From assembly GCF_009914755.1 (NCBI RefSeq), contig NC_060928.1: 64,000 nt of DNA, one strand, 5' to 3'. Positions 1 to 17,587 of the stretch are shown here, piece by piece. This DNA is from the human T2T-CHM13v2.0 reference genome, Homo sapiens. Numbering within the stretch: position 1 is the first letter of the stretch; the number at the start of each line of letters is the position of its first letter. The notes below the pieces were generated by a model. It saw only the letters and a program-made list of their open reading frames with translations. It was not told where the DNA came from and made no database searches. The translations under genes were made by a program, and so were the position numbers.

Positions 1-171
1 GCATTTGGAGATAGATTGCTCCTGCAAACTAGACCTGAATACCAACTTCTTACACAAAAGACATCATTTGAGAAGGAAAAGATAAGTGCAGGTTTATTTT
101 GCTGAAAATATATCAAGCATAAAGAGTACTCTATTTTGGCACTGGAAGCAAATGAGTCTTAAAAACTGCTA

Positions 172-1248
<1,077 letters not shown>

Positions 1249-1529
1249 CTTGCGTTGGAAGTGGCTAGATCCAGTATCACACGCGGTCTTTGCTAGAAAC
1301 AAATGAATGTTTGTAAACAGTAAATCAATCAAATCATCCTTTGCCATTCACAAAGGAAGTTAAGAAGCTTGGCAGAAAAAGGTCTCGCAAACCCTCAACT
1401 TGGATTTTTTTTTTTACAGCAAATTAGTTTAAATCAATGACCTCAAATGAAGAGAATTATTGTCAGCATTTAGCTTGATCTTTCTCATTAATGACTTCCA
1501 CTGTGTTTCTCCCATAATTAGTTTTATAA

Positions 1530-1873
<344 letters not shown>

Positions 1874-2676
1874 AAAAATGCTTTCTGTAACTTCCACAAT
1901 GAAATATTATTCTCAGATTATCACTAAATTTAACCCAAAGATTCCATTATCTCTTGCTTTTTTTATTATTATTACCTTTGGTGCTTGGGGAGTTCAGAGA
2001 TGCCACAGATGCAGGACAGTTTATGACTCATAGCAGAAGCAGTACCAACAGTCTCATGAGGCTGTGACTGGTAGCCTGGCCTCCTTCTCCCACTTTCCTG
2101 GAGCATCCAGGTCATACACACAGATACTTCCCAGTTCCCCTTTGGTTGAAGGAGGGCTTCGAATCCCTTCACTAACATCCAGCAACAGCAATGTAGGCAA
2201 ACAAAAGTCCTAAGGTCTGAGTTCTAGCAAGCATTTGGAGGAATGACTTACAAGGAATTAAAGTCTCAGAAAATAGGATAAGTTATAAATATTGGCTTTC
2301 CATATGTGCATTCAACTAGCACACATTAAATTCCAAGTATTTTACAAATATCTACGTTATGAGGAAAGATATTTTAATCCATTTCATAGAAGTCTGAGGT
2401 TGAGAGGGATTGTTAATTTGCTCACTCCAGTAAGTGAAAGAGTTGAGATTCCCAGCTGGAATCTCCAATCTAAACTCAGTGTTCCAGCTCCTTCACAGTG
2501 TTCTGTTGGGCTCAGAGGTCCACAGTGAAAAAAGCATCCTGTGAAGGCTGGCATCCACATCATTCTCATGTTTTTGAGAGTTCACTGCAGGCAGTTTTGT
2601 CAACGGCACCAGATTGAGAGTGAAGCTAGAAGAGGCAGACGTGGGATAGCTATATCCTTGGCAATAAGCATCAAGA

Positions 2677-2989
2677 GGCTGGGCGCGGTGGCTCATGCCT
2701 GTAATCCCAGCACTTTGGGAGGCTGAGGCAGGTGGATTATCTGAGGTCAGGAGTTTGAGACCAGTCTGGCCAACATGGTGAAACCCTGTCTCTACTAAAA
2801 ATACAAAAAAATTAGCTGGACATGGTGGTGTGCACCTGTAATCCCAGCTACTCAGGAGGCTGAGGCAGGAGAATTGCTTGAACCAGGGAACAAGGGAGGT
2901 GGAGGTTGTAGTGAGCTGAGATCATGCCACTGCACTCCAGCCTGGGCGATGGAGCAAGACTCCGTCTCAAAAAAGAAAAAAAAAAAAAA
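2677..2989 (+). mobile_element. Alu (AluSx-like)
   Basis: GGCTGGGCGCGGTGGCTCATGCC... with a poly-A tail. TSD AATAAGCATCAAGA on both sides. Confidence 0.97.
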
Positions 2990-3447
2990 GGAATAAGCAT
3001 CAAGAGAGAGTAGCCAGAAATATCAAAAGCCCCAGATAGCCTTAATTTAAGGGCTCTAGAGTTCTCCTCTGCAAGAAACCCTTATTCTACTTTATAGTAC
3101 TCTATTTATTAAATTCATTCTTATAGGGTGACTAAAATGTGCCAGATCCCCACCCTCAAAGCACTTAAAATCTAATGAGAGAGACAAACAAACTGGAAAA
3201 TTTCCAGTTGTTATAACTGTTACTAATGAAATAAACAGAATGTGACAATGCAGAGTGACATTCAATTGCTCTTACTTGTTTATGTAACCACTTTCACTAA
3301 CAGACCATATGAGCTCCTGGGAGTGATCTTTTGTTTTTTATTCTTCTTTATATTTCTAATGTCTAGCTAATTTTAGATCCTCAATAAATGCTCATTTAAT
3401 TAATTAATAGATGAGTGAACATATAAAGCAGCCTCTCAATGATGTAC

Positions 3448-3809
3448 TCTATATTCATCTGTTCTCATACTGCTATAAAGAACTGCCTGAGACTGGATAA
3501 TTTATTAAGAAAAGAGATTTAATTGACTCACAGTTCCTCATGGCTGGGGAGGCCTCAGGAAACTTACAATCAAGGTGGAAGGGGAAGAGCTATGTCTTAC
3601 ATGGCGGCAGGTGAGAGAGTGCGTGTGTGAAGGAGGAACTGTCAGACACTTATAAACCATCAGATCTCATGAGAACTCACTCACCATCTCAAGAACAGCA
3701 TGTGGGATGCTGCCCCCATGATCCAATCACCTCCTACCAGGTCTCTCCCTGGACATATGGTACAATTCAAGATGAGATTCGGGTGGGGAAACAAAGCCTA
3801 ACCATATCA
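3448..3809 (-). mobile_element. THE1/MST MaLR solo LTR (THE1D-like)
   Basis: GACTCACAGTTCCTCATGGCTGGGGAGGCCTCAGGAAACTTACAATC ... ending AGCCTAACCATATCA, the reverse complement of the THE1 5' end TGATATGG. Confidence 0.9.
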
Positions 3810-4827
3810 TGCTCCAAAGAATTGCTAGAACAGAAATAAGTAGCTCAAAGGAAAGCCTATTTTTTTCCTTTTGAAACTGAAGCTAAAATGCTTTCAGAGT
3901 TTCTCTCTTTGATACATTTGGTGTTCCCATAATGAGAGACAGACTATTTACTCTGACATATTTTCTACTAGTGGCCACTTCTCATGAACATCTTAAGGTG
4001 AACAAGGTTACAGCTGGCTATTTTCCAGAAATAATTAAGGATAATTAAAAAGAAATATTTAATCTGAGGCTTCAGAAAATTGGATTTGGGTTTCTCAATT
4101 GGTGTTAGAAGTCAAGTTTACTATCAAAATATTTTTAAAGTGCATTTTGTTTTTTACCACTAAATTTTCTGAGTTGTCTCAAACCTAAAATTGAAACAGT
4201 ACCTTCATAATAAAACCTTCCTTCTTTACTGCAATGCTACTTTAGGCAAAGTATATATAAAAATGAGAATTTAAAGAAACCTATATGATCTGTACTTTAA
4301 CTCAGCCTTGACTAAATCACAAGTTTCAAGTAACTAAGGACTCATGAATGGGATCCCAGGCACCCAAAACACAAAAACATGATGAAAAGTAAGAAGACGA
4401 AAATGACTAGAGTGGCTTTAAAATGGCTTATCCAAAATATAAGAAGCGTTTTTTTTTCTAAGTGGAATTTTTTTTACGCTCTCACTTATTACATTATTTT
4501 GGTTAACTGTCTTCATGTGATAAGTGCATTTTTTTGACTTAATGAAACAGAGTAAAAAAAAAAAAAACATAAAAATTACCATGTAAGACCAGACCCATCA
4601 ATGCCTTATATACTTTTATTGGTGCAGTTTGTCTTCTATAGCCTTTAACCCCCAACATCCCTTTCACATCTACCCTGCAGTTTCCTAGTAAGGATTTCTG
4701 GGAATGTATATGAATATCTGCAGATATTAAGTAGTGATGACACATATAATAGTGAGGCTTTCAGATGACATATATGAGCATGTGACATGTGGTAGAGATA
4801 CAGTTGGCTCTCAGTGAATGATATATA

Positions 4828-4830
<3 letters not shown>

Positions 4831-4870
<40 letters not shown>
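4831..4870. repeat. (CA)n microsatellite
   Basis: About 17 perfect CA units, then CGCACA. Confidence 0.98.
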
Positions 4871-5769
4871 TGAAAATAGTTTCATTGGGGCTTCTCTATT
4901 GGCCTGTGTATTTCATGAATAACTGGCCTGTCAATAATAAAAACTGGCACAAGTATTGTGTGCACTCTATCTGCTTTCCTTGCTCAATAAAGTGTGCTAT
5001 TAGAGGTTTCTCAGGCAGTTTCAAACTTAAAGATTTACCTTCACATTTCAAAAAAGTAGCCACGTAAAACAATTCCAAATTAAAGTAAATGTGTTTGGAT
5101 TATGGCACAAGCAAGATAAAAGAAGGATCTTCTCAAATAAGTTACTGTTTGTACCTCAAAATCCCCACATCTGGGAAAGACACAAATAAAATTTCACTTT
5201 CTTTGTTCTGTTTGTTGCTGAGCACAATTTAATTGCAATCAGATAGAAACTCATCCTAATGACATGCAAAGAAGCTAAAAATGATCTTTCGGTGATGACA
5301 AGAAACTAAACTTTTTCGTTTGGATAGTCACTAGAAGAAAAACAATTTTGGAGAAATCATGAGGGCATAAGCAGGCAGCATACCATGCATGTCTGGGAGG
5401 CAAATATTATTTATCTAAATGAAACACATTGTGGGTTTGGCGGCCAACAGCTTCCATGATAAAATCAGTGTGAAGCAGATGTGTGTCTCAGTAGAACCGT
5501 GTTTGATGTTAGCCCTGCCACTTGCTGCTGTGATCTTATCTATAAAAATAAAGACAAAATACCTAACTTTCTTGTACAAGGATGCTGCAAGGATTGGATT
5601 AGGTGACCCAGGCATGTGCAAGCAGCCAGCACAATGCTTCCATCAGGGCTTGCTCAGTCAATAGCATTCTGTCATCTCTGGATTGATCTAGGTCTCAGTT
5701 TTCACATCTGTGAGATGGGAGCCGCCTTAAGGGTGTTGGGCATTTCCCTATGATTCACAAAGGAAGGTC

Positions 5770-6424
5770 ATCCAGCAATCCTAGTACTGGGTATATATCC
5801 AAAGTAAATGAAATCAATAGGTTGAAAATACACTCCTATGTTAATTGCAGCACTACTCACAATAGCTAAGATATGGAATCAACCTAAGTGTCTATCAACA
5901 GATGAATGAATAAATAAAATTTGGTCTATATACACAATGAAATATTATTTGACCATTAAAAAATTAAAGTTCTGTCATTTGTGACAACATGGATAAGCCT
6001 GGGGAGCATTAGGTTAAGTGAAATAAGTCAGACACAGAAAGACAAATGTATGATCTCTTGCATATGGAATCTAAAAAGTTGCTTTCATAGAAGTAGAGAG
6101 CAGAAGAATAATAATTACCAGAAGATATGAAGCAGAGGGGGAGGGGAGATAGTAGGCACTTGGTCAATGGCTACGAAGCTACAATTTGATAGGAGCAATA
6201 AGTTCTGGTCGTCTATTGCAGTGTAGGGTGATTAGAGTTAACAATAATGCATTGCATATTTAAAGCTAGCTAGGAGAGACGTTTAGGAATGATCTCATCA
6301 CGAAGAAATGATATATGATAAATGCCGATCACTCTGATTTGATCGTGCACTACTTACACGTTTTGAAACATCATGTTGTACCCCGTAAGTATGTACAATT
6401 ATTATGTGTCAATCGTGAATAAGC
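5770..6424 (+). mobile_element. L1MA-type LINE 3' end (5'-truncated)
   Basis: ORF2 end and 3'UTR motifs (GATATGGAATCAACCTAAGTGTC, AAGTGAAATAAGTCAGACACAGAAAGACAAA, ATGTACAATTATTATGTGTCAAT). TSD AAAGGAAGGT on both flanks. Confidence 0.88.
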
Positions 6425-6855
6425 AAAAGGAAGGTGAGAATGTGTCTCCATTATGCGATAATTTTCTTTGGGGGAAAAAAAGGATAATAAACATTATGCA
6501 ACCAGACAGGGCAGAGGTAGATTTCTTTTAAAGGGGAGCAATCAGAGTTCTAAATGACATGAACATATTTTAACCATGAAGAATTTACTGTCTAGTCAAA
6601 TTGATCAGTTATTGCCAAGTGCTTTGAAGGCTCTATTATCTTTAGACTACCTGGAGGAACATTCCATGTATTTCCCTATTCTGTTACATTGTGCAGCTTA
6701 TTTAGCAAACAGTTACGGGAGGTGTTTTTAAGCATCAGGAGGAAACCAGGTTGTCAAGAAAGAAAGTTCTCTTGACCTGTGACAACAAGGCAGTCTCTGT
6801 CATCCTCAGATTTATGTAATGTGTAAAGAGATTCTCATTTAAATAATTCCATTGA

Positions 6856-7261
<406 letters not shown>

Positions 7262-7709
7262 TGATAGAAGAAGAAAATAGAAGCAATGTTTTTGGATGCT
7301 AATATATGCCAGAAACTGCTATTTTTTCAGATAAATAATAATATCAGAAATAACCAGTTATGTATCAAATAGTATGCCAAATGCTTTGCATCCATTATGT
7401 CACTTAATCCTCATATGATGTGAGGAAGCTGAAGCATGAAAGAGGAAACTTGCTGAAAAGAATCAGAACCTCAAATCTATTGAACACTGAAGCTACTGTA
7501 TGTCACCATGGTCCTATAGTATCCAAATCGCCTTTAAAAACTTACAGCAAAATGCCATTGGTTTCCATTGGGTGGATTAGGAATACAATGGGATTACAGC
7601 CCATGTCATAATTCTGGAGTAGAAATTCTACTCCAGGGTCCTGGAGGCTTTGACTTATCAAACATCTGAACATTTTAGGATTGGCCCCACTCACTGCTGG
7701 ACAATCTGA

Positions 7710-8211
<502 letters not shown>

Positions 8212-8834
8212 GTTTCCCCTGTTGAACAGAATGCAGACTGACTCCACATGCTTCCAGAGCAAGAAGTCCAACCACCTACCCTACCAGTATTTACTTCCAC
8301 ATCAACTTGCCAGGCTGCAGCCAGACCCCTCCTGGGACTCTTTCTCTGCCTTCTCATTCCCATCTTTCTCTACTGTCTAAGCCACTCTGATCAATCTGTG
8401 AATTTCCATGTCCAGGGGAATCCTCTTCCACCCTTCAACACTCAGGGATCTTGGATATGTAGCTAGAGATTAGGTTGGGGGCCACCTGCTCCTTTCACCA
8501 ACTAGGAAGCACCTTTAAAATATCAGAATTATTATCACAATGCATGCTTCTTTGGTTTGTAGTAAGGATAAATGAGATCTTACATATGGAAGAGACAAGT
8601 GAAGGGATACAAGAATGTAAGACATCCTCATGATTCATTAAGAGATGCATGCATTCTCCAGCTATGGGGACGCATAATTTTTGCTTTTATGTTTACTTTG
8701 GGAATAGTACTTTATTTTACTTCATGCTCCTCTATGAACAAGAGATCTATAGTGTGTCCTACAGGGAAATTTAATTCCCTCTTTTATTCTTGCAAACTAG
8801 TAAGTTACAGGTTTAGCCATAAAGAAGCAAGCAG

Positions 8835-9008
8835 GCATCTCTGTTTTCAATGCTCTCTAAAACCAAACAATCCTCTGGGGATTTTGGTAAAATGCAGATT
8901 AATTCAGTAAGTCTGGGGTGGGACCTAATATTCTGCATTTCTAACAGGCTCCCAGATGATGCTAATTTTGCTGGTGCATGGACCACACTTTGAGAAGCAA
9001 AACCCTAG
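8835..9008. mobile_element. MER5A hAT-Charlie MITE
   Basis: AAAATGCAGATT...CAGTAAGTCTGGGGTGGGACC...TCTGCATTTCTAACAGGCTCCCAGATGATGCT...GGACCACACTTTGAG. Confidence 0.85.
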
Positions 9009-10180
9009 AACATTACAAGAAATTCCTAATCTCCGTGATCTGCTTTGTTTCAAAATATTTCCTTTCTTCCATCTTTCATTAGCTTTTACTTATTTACTCA
9101 AGCCTTATTCCCAAGCAAAACAGGTCTCACCCAATTAGAAAGAGTCAAAGACAAAATTGCTGACAACTCTCTTGGTTTTCTATGCTACTTTCCTCTTGAT
9201 CCCACTGAACGTAGATCGTGTAGAAATTTAGATGAAGGACACATTTAAGACCTACTCTTAGCACGGCTGATACAAAGTCATAGCTCTCCAGTACATATTT
9301 TATTTATTAGGAAAATTGAATCATGGAAAAATAAACAGAGAAACCTGAAGAGGAAAAATATGAATACAGCATTAAAAACATAATTTGCCTTTCAAATAGA
9401 AATAATACCAGCCATTTATTAAGTACTTTTCTTGTGCCAGGCATCTCATTTCATGAATAATGAAATATTCTGGAAATGAATTATTATCTGAGAAATTTGA
9501 TAAACTCAGACCGATCCTGCCTTGTTTTGTGCTATGAGACATTAATGGGATTTTTTGCAACTGTGAAATGGTAGGTATTTAAATAGGAGAATGGGAAATT
9601 TTAATTTGATACGGTTGGCAAGGTGTTTGATGAGGCTGTCACAATGACAACAAAATTTAAATGCATTTATTGGGATTACCTGTGCTGACTGAAATGCAAA
9701 AGACAGAAAAGGATTCATTCACACTGACTTATTTTGAATGTGATGCAAATGTAAAGAGTAATATGATGTGGCATTATCATGATTTCTAGTAAGAAAACAC
9801 TGCTGTTTGGTTTGGGCCAAAGAATGAGGAAACTCATAGAGGATGGCTCTGCATATTTCTAAAACCAAAAGAGGATCCAGTACAACAAAGAATCAAAACC
9901 CTGGACACTGGTTAAGAGGAGGGATGAATCACTGGAATCACTTGAGTCCTTAGTATTTTGCTGAAATGTATTATGCAATATACATCCTTTTCTCCGCCCA
10001 ATTTTTGTCCTGGCTGTGAAGATAGCAGTTCTTTATGCTTTGACATTTCTGTTTTGAGTTTCAAAGTCAGAGTGATAAATAGAGTAGAAGAACTTAGGAT
10101 TTAGACTTTTAAATAAAGCCAGGGAATATTCTATTAAAAAAAATAAAGAGAAACTGTTGAGGGACAGAGTTACTAGCTAA

Positions 10181-10493
<313 letters not shown>

Positions 10494-10984
10494 AGTTGCT
10501 AGCTAATTTATATACTTTTATTACTGTTGTTTGTTTTAAGACGAAGTCTTCTGCCTGCTCACACTATACAGAATGAGCCTACAGGAACAAAACATAAGAG
10601 GTGCAATTTGAGGACTGTCACCTCTGCCTGAGAAAGTATCTCCATGGGTGCTTATTAATAATGATATATTTTAAAAAGTTGTAACAGAAAGTTCCAACAG
10701 GTTGAAAACATATTATCTTCTCATTGACAAAACAGATAGCATTTATTATACCATGTGTGGCAATTTATTTGGCACATTGTGGCATCCCTTTTTCAAAGGC
10801 TTTTCTTGCCAGCACATTCATTTACCTCTTCATGATTTTTTTGGTCTTATGTTTTTAACAAGACTGAGCAGAAAGTTGAAGACTATGTGATAGATCCCTT
10901 GTCATCTTCCACAGTGCTTACCATATAATGATTGGTATAGATAATCTTATGGATGTCATGTCTTCAATATGGCTTATAATGAAA

Positions 10985-11200
10985 TGATAGCTACCATTTC
11001 ATTGAGTGTTTCCTATGTGATAGACATTCTGATGAGTTTTGTACACATATAATTGACACATCCTACAATAATGCAGCTAAGGAGGTATTATTTTTAACAC
11101 ATGAGAAAATGGAGTCACAGAGACTTGAATGGTGAGTCTCATTTACATAAATAGAAAGCAGAAGAGCCAAGTTTTCTCTGACTCCAAACGTATGTATCAT
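10985..11200 (-). mobile_element. MIR SINE remnant
   Basis: ATTGAGTGTTTCCTATGTG...ATGAGAAAATGGAGTCACAGAG core. Confidence 0.65.
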
Positions 11201-11732
11201 CACCCCCAATGCTAGAAAAGTATCTAAGAAGACTATATTTAAGAAAAGCCTCATATTGCTGGCCTATTTGATTTTAGTCTGTTGTTTTGTCAATCCAATC
11301 TAATTCCACATGCCAAAATAATTGTCACATGTTAGTCTAAAGCTAACTTCATGTCTGATAGCCTAGAGCAGCTACCACATTCATTTGCTAATAAAATCTG
11401 TCCTCCGTAGTCTGGCTTTCAAGATATTTATCCATTAATTAATTCAAATCTCATCTTTACTCATTCTCCTTTAAAGCTCATCAGATCATTTTTAAAAATA
11501 AGTTTCTGCCAATATCATGTAAATTCAGCAATCACAGTCCATCTGCAACTCCCCCATATGTGGAGGGGGCCTAGTTATATGGTGGGAAAAACAACTGGGC
11601 TTGAAAGTTTTTAGTACATTCTTACAGCAACATTTCTTAATTCCCTGACCAAGCTGTCTACAACTGTGCACCTATCTCCACAATTATTTTGTATCTTTAC
11701 CCTGAGTTATTTTTCTTCATAATACTAATTAA

Positions 11733-12085
11733 CTGTATTAGTAAGGTTAAGTAATGCTACATTATTCTGTGGAAATAAACAAACCTCAAACCTCAGTTGG
11801 TTATCATAATAAATTTTTTTGTGTGTGCTTTCCTTATAGCCTGATATGCATCAGATCTTCCTCCTCTATCTCCTTGCTGTGTGATCTGGAACATGTAAAC
11901 TCTAAAGAGAAGATGACAAGAAGAGATGGAAGAGGCTGTTCACTGGCTTGGCTTGAAAGTGACGTGCATCACTTTTGTTCACCAGTCAACTGACCAGAAC
12001 TTGTCACGTGGCCCTAATCTAATTGCAAATAATGCAAGGGAATGCAGATGAGCATATGTACATTTGTTACGCACTATCTCTGTCA
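11733..12085 (-). mobile_element. Old MaLR LTR (MLT1J/K/L-like) inserted in an L2 remnant
   Basis: Starts TGTATTAGT. AAGTGACGTGCATCACTTT...CCAGAACTTGTCACGTGGCCC motif. L2 3' tail (CTCAAAATAAATTGTTGAGTGAA) at about 12240-12265. Confidence 0.6.
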
Positions 12086-12275
12086 CATTACCTCACAGAA
12101 CAGTATATATTTATTTGCTTCTCTCCCCTCTCTCCCTTCACTAAAAAATTCATTTATATGGCTACAGATTTTGTTGTATTTTCCATGCCAATAAGATCAA
12201 GTAGAACAGTGGCTGGTACACACTGGTACACAGTGGGTACTCAAAATAAATTGTTGAGTGAAAGAATACTTGTAA

Positions 12276-13026
<751 letters not shown>

Positions 13027-16000
13027 TTCATGATGACTGACCCTTGCATGTTCAACCCCAGTACCTACAGTCTAAACTATACACATTTATTATCTCTAAG
13101 GAAGAAAGGCTCAATGTTTTTAAAAGATGCCTATTTTTTCGTATCAATGTACAAGTGTTTCTATTCTGTGAAGTCTTTACCCTCTTTCTGGTCAAATTTT
13201 GAAGACTGTCTTCTTTTATATACCCAGAAAGTTCTGCATGGATACATCCTGCCATAGCACTCAGGACACCTGATTACTTCTGTGTGTTTATTCTTTTGCT
13301 GTAATCTGTACAAGGATGTTCACTATGTGACACATTCCAGGACACATTCTCAGTGACCCCTAGTCATTCTACACTCTTTACCTTCCACTCCAGGTGGCAA
13401 TTTGAAACACAAGTCAAAGAGAGTGATGTTCTTACAGGCATGGTTTTTAACCTATGCCCATGAATTAAAAACAATTTAAAAACCCAATCTTTCACTTTAG
13501 CTGTTGTTAGTTAATCTCACTTGTATACACATTTTACAAGTGACTCTCATGCATCTTGCAGCTTATATAACCACCAATTCAGACACCAGAGGTGACAGTA
13601 GCTGCTATAATATACTCATTGGTTTAAAAGTGTTTGTTTTCCTATTAGTTGCAAAACTTTTAAGGGCAGGCAGCTTGAGTCCCAGTTACCCAGTTGAGAT
13701 AACCCACATCTGCTAATATTTTTACATAAAAGTCAGTGAAAATATAATTGGCAATGTCATGCAAAACTGGAAATAAATATTTACTATTTTTAAGCCATTT
13801 TGGTCTATAATTTAATCACAAGATCGTTATACTTGGAATGCAAAAGGATTGGATCATGGTGGCACTATTTTAAAGTCTCATTTAAATATAACTAAATGCT
13901 GCAATAGGTGGTCATAACTGTAGTTTGACTCTAATTAATATAAAATAATTGGAGAGTAAATTTATCCCCCTGTTCCATATCAATAGCTCTTTGGCTACAA
14001 GGCAAAAAGAATGTGAACATTTTCTCGGTATCAATAAAAATTAGCTTAAATATCTAAGTCAATTTAGAAATGATAAATCAGTCTCCATAGTTAAAGACCA
14101 AAATTTTAAATAACCATATTAAGCAAGACTCATATATTTTTAGGAATGCTCTCAAAATAAAAATCTCTCTTACAAACCAAAGGAAACAAATATAGTTGAA
14201 TAATTCTATAAACCTTTCACAAAAATATGGCATTATGGCATAAGGCAAATATGATGGTTCAACCAGCTAAGTAAACACTGATTAAGAATTAAGATTGACC
14301 ACAGCAATAAGGGGTATTTTCCTCTAGTCAATCACTCAGGTTCAGAAATACCAAATTTATCTTAAGACATTCTAATTAGGCAAAACTATTTGATAGATCG
14401 AGTAGTTGGAGATCAGAAGCATGCATCCAATTAAGAAGAATGTTATTGAATGATTTTCATTCACTGGCCTCTTCTGTTCTCTGTATTTTAGTTTACCTTC
14501 AGCACCTCATTGAAGAGAGCTATATCCAAATTCAATTTATTGCCCCAAGACCTCTTTCAAAAAAATGGCTCTGGAGATTCCCAGCTAGAAAAACTTTTCT
14601 CTTCTCCTAAGCTTCCATAACATGCATCAGGGATTTGGTATTTCTCCCTCTGAATTGTAATTGTTTCTAGGCACTAGCTTCTCTGCCAGCCTGGAAGTTC
14701 CTTAAGGAGCTGAGCCCATGTTTTATTCATGGTTGTTCCTCTGTGGGGCACAGCACTTGGGCTTCCCTTCTTTGAGCATCAAAAACAAGTGTCATTTTTC
14801 TTTCACTTATTTTCACATCCATGTCCTCTTCTAAGACCTTTGCAAGTCATTCGTAGTTTTAAAGAGACTACATTTAAGTTTTGATAGATAAGCAAGGTAA
14901 ATGGCAAGTCCAGCAGTATAGAGAAAAACCTCTTTCCTGTAGTGGTATTTGTTATATATTTTATCTGAATTTTGAGGTTCATTTGTTTTCATTATTGACA
15001 GATGATTTCTTTGTTTGTTTAATAAAAAGCAGTAATTAATTTTCCCTTAATTACATGTTTTACTTGCCACTAGCTGGTGTATCTAGGGATTCATATTGTA
15101 AAAAGAAATGGAACTCATTGGTTTGAATCATAATGTGTGGGGGTATAGAGGTTATTTAAATATTGTTTAGTTCTTTTTTTTTATTTTACACATAATAGAC
15201 AATTCTCAAAATGGCAGTAAGGAAAAAACAACTCATTCTTTATATTTTGAAAATTTTTGGCCCTGAACACAAAACTTTAATTGTAACCTTTAATTTATTA
15301 AATAAAATATTGAGCTTCTAAAACATTTGAGAGTGTGCAGCATATTGCAAAAGATACTTGGAAGAGGCAAGCTGATCTTGCTCCAAGAAGCTTCTGGTTA
15401 AATATCAATATGATGAGGTTTGAAAAAGGTACACACAACCACTACATTACAGCATGAAGTAAGATTTAGGCTGCAAGAGAGATGCAAGTTACAAATATGA
15501 AATAAGTTTGGGCTGCAAGGAAAATTGACTCTGGCACAAGTTCAGGAGCATTTTAGATTAGCAAAGTAGAATTGCTGGGAGTTCAGGTCTTAGATATTTC
15601 ATAAAATAACTACACCTCAATACATTGGAATTTAGAAATAAAGAGACCATTAGTGAGATTCCATTTCTGCAATATTGTTTGTTCTAACTTTGTCCCTTGT
15701 TTTTTGTCTGTTCCTATCCTAGTATACCAAATTATCATCATATTCCCTCCCATCCATGATTCTAGCATTTTAGATAAATCGTCTTGCCATTTTCCAAGCG
15801 TTTGGAATTGAGGTCCATGCTCATGCCCTTTTCTAAGAATTCCAAACTCCTTGAGCTTAATCTTATATCTTCTTTTAATATCCCTGAACTAAATGACTCT
15901 AATCTAGAATTTGTACATATGACCAAAATGACAAAGGTACTTCCCATGAATCCCCAAACCTCCTGATATTGTATATAAAATTGTGAATTTTCCTGGAGTT

Positions 16001-16519
16001 AGACTACATGACTTTGGTTAAATCCTCAAAAGGAGCTCCTGCCCCACTGAATTTAAGAAGTTTTAGTACTTACAGACCATTGGGGATATATTACACACAG
16101 AGGAGGTACAGGCAATGTCTTACAAAAGGCACTTGTAATGGCAGTCTTTATGATTTCTAGGAAGTATGCAGAAAAATTTCCTGAAGGTAATGGTCATCCA
16201 AAAAGTCACCATGGAATCTCTTCTCCTGCAAGGAATTCATTACTGAGTAACTCCTTACCTCTTGGTATAATTTTGGCATGGAGTGAAAGGTCTAACCTCT
16301 CAATGCTGTTTCCCCTTCTGTACCTCCTCTGTCTCTTTCAGGCTTAATAGGATCATCTGTTGACTTGAATCAGAGTCACATTCAAAGCTGTGACCATCAC
16401 TGACTTGGCACTGTCTGTATCTGTGTGAGTCTCCAGGAGAGGTGCTAGTGTCTGGGGCTGGAAGGGTGTAGGTTGCTGGTAATTCAGCCATGTGCATTTG
16501 CTCATGAATATGTGTATAA

Positions 16520-16678
16520 TAAGAGAGAGACAGAGGGGGAGAAGAAGTGGAGAGGGGAGAGAGATGAGAGAGAGAAAGAGAGAGATCAATCTGAGAGAGA
16601 AAGATATGTATACACACACACACACATACACACACACACATATATATATATATAAATAAAAATCTGAGAGAGAGATCA
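16520..16678. repeat. Compound (GA)n/(CA)n/(TA)n low-complexity tract
   Basis: Purine-rich GA run followed by CA and TA dinucleotide runs. Confidence 0.9.
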
Positions 16679-17587
16679 AATCTGATCTGTAATTGTATCC
16701 ACTTCAGACCAAAGGGACCACACAGATAAATATAAATAAGTGAAAAGATTCAGTGGGGTCAATGGAAATCAAGAAGAGGGCAGTCTTGGCAGTTTCTTCT
16801 CTATTCTCACTGATTTCATTGATTAAACGAGAAACTAATGTCAAGTCAGAGATATTTTTATGCAAAGCTGAGAATATGGATTTTTGGGTGCAATTTTCCA
16901 AAGTCTATGCATTAACAACTAATTAAAAACATGTAAAAGAATATAGAGCACATAGAGGAAAATTTTCTCAGTTTGATAAAGAATGGCTACAGAAAACGTA
17001 TAGCTAACATTGTACTTAAGGTAAAAAAATCTAGACACTTTCCAATTAAGGTCAGGAACAAGGAAGGATTCCTCTCTCCACTTCTTTTCAACATTGTGCT
17101 AGAAGTGCTAGCTAAGAAAAACAAGACAAAATAGGAAATAAAATGTAAACACCTTGTAAATGAAGAAATAAAATTGTCTTTGTTCTCAGATGACATGGTC
17201 ATCTCTGTAGAAAATACGAAAGAATTGATAAAAACAACTCCTGGAACTAAGAAGTGATAGTAAGGTTGCAGGATACAAGATTAGTTTATAAAAGTCAATC
17301 ACATTTCTATGTACCAGCAATGAACATATAGAATTTGAAACTAAAAGTACAGTACCATGACATTAGTATCCAATAAATAAAATATCTAGGTATAAATCTA
17401 GCAAAATATGTACAAGATCTATATGAGGAAAACTACAAAACTCCGATGAACAAAATCAAAGAAGACTAAATAAGTGGAGAGCTATCCCATGCTTATGGAT
17501 AGGAATACTCAATATTGTCAAGATGTAAGTTCTTCCCAATTTGATCTACAGATTTAATACAATCCTAATCATAATTCCATCAAGTTA

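Noticed and set aside
16300-16679. 108-113 aa ORFs
   Set aside because: Open only because of the stop-free microsatellite and low-complexity sequence.
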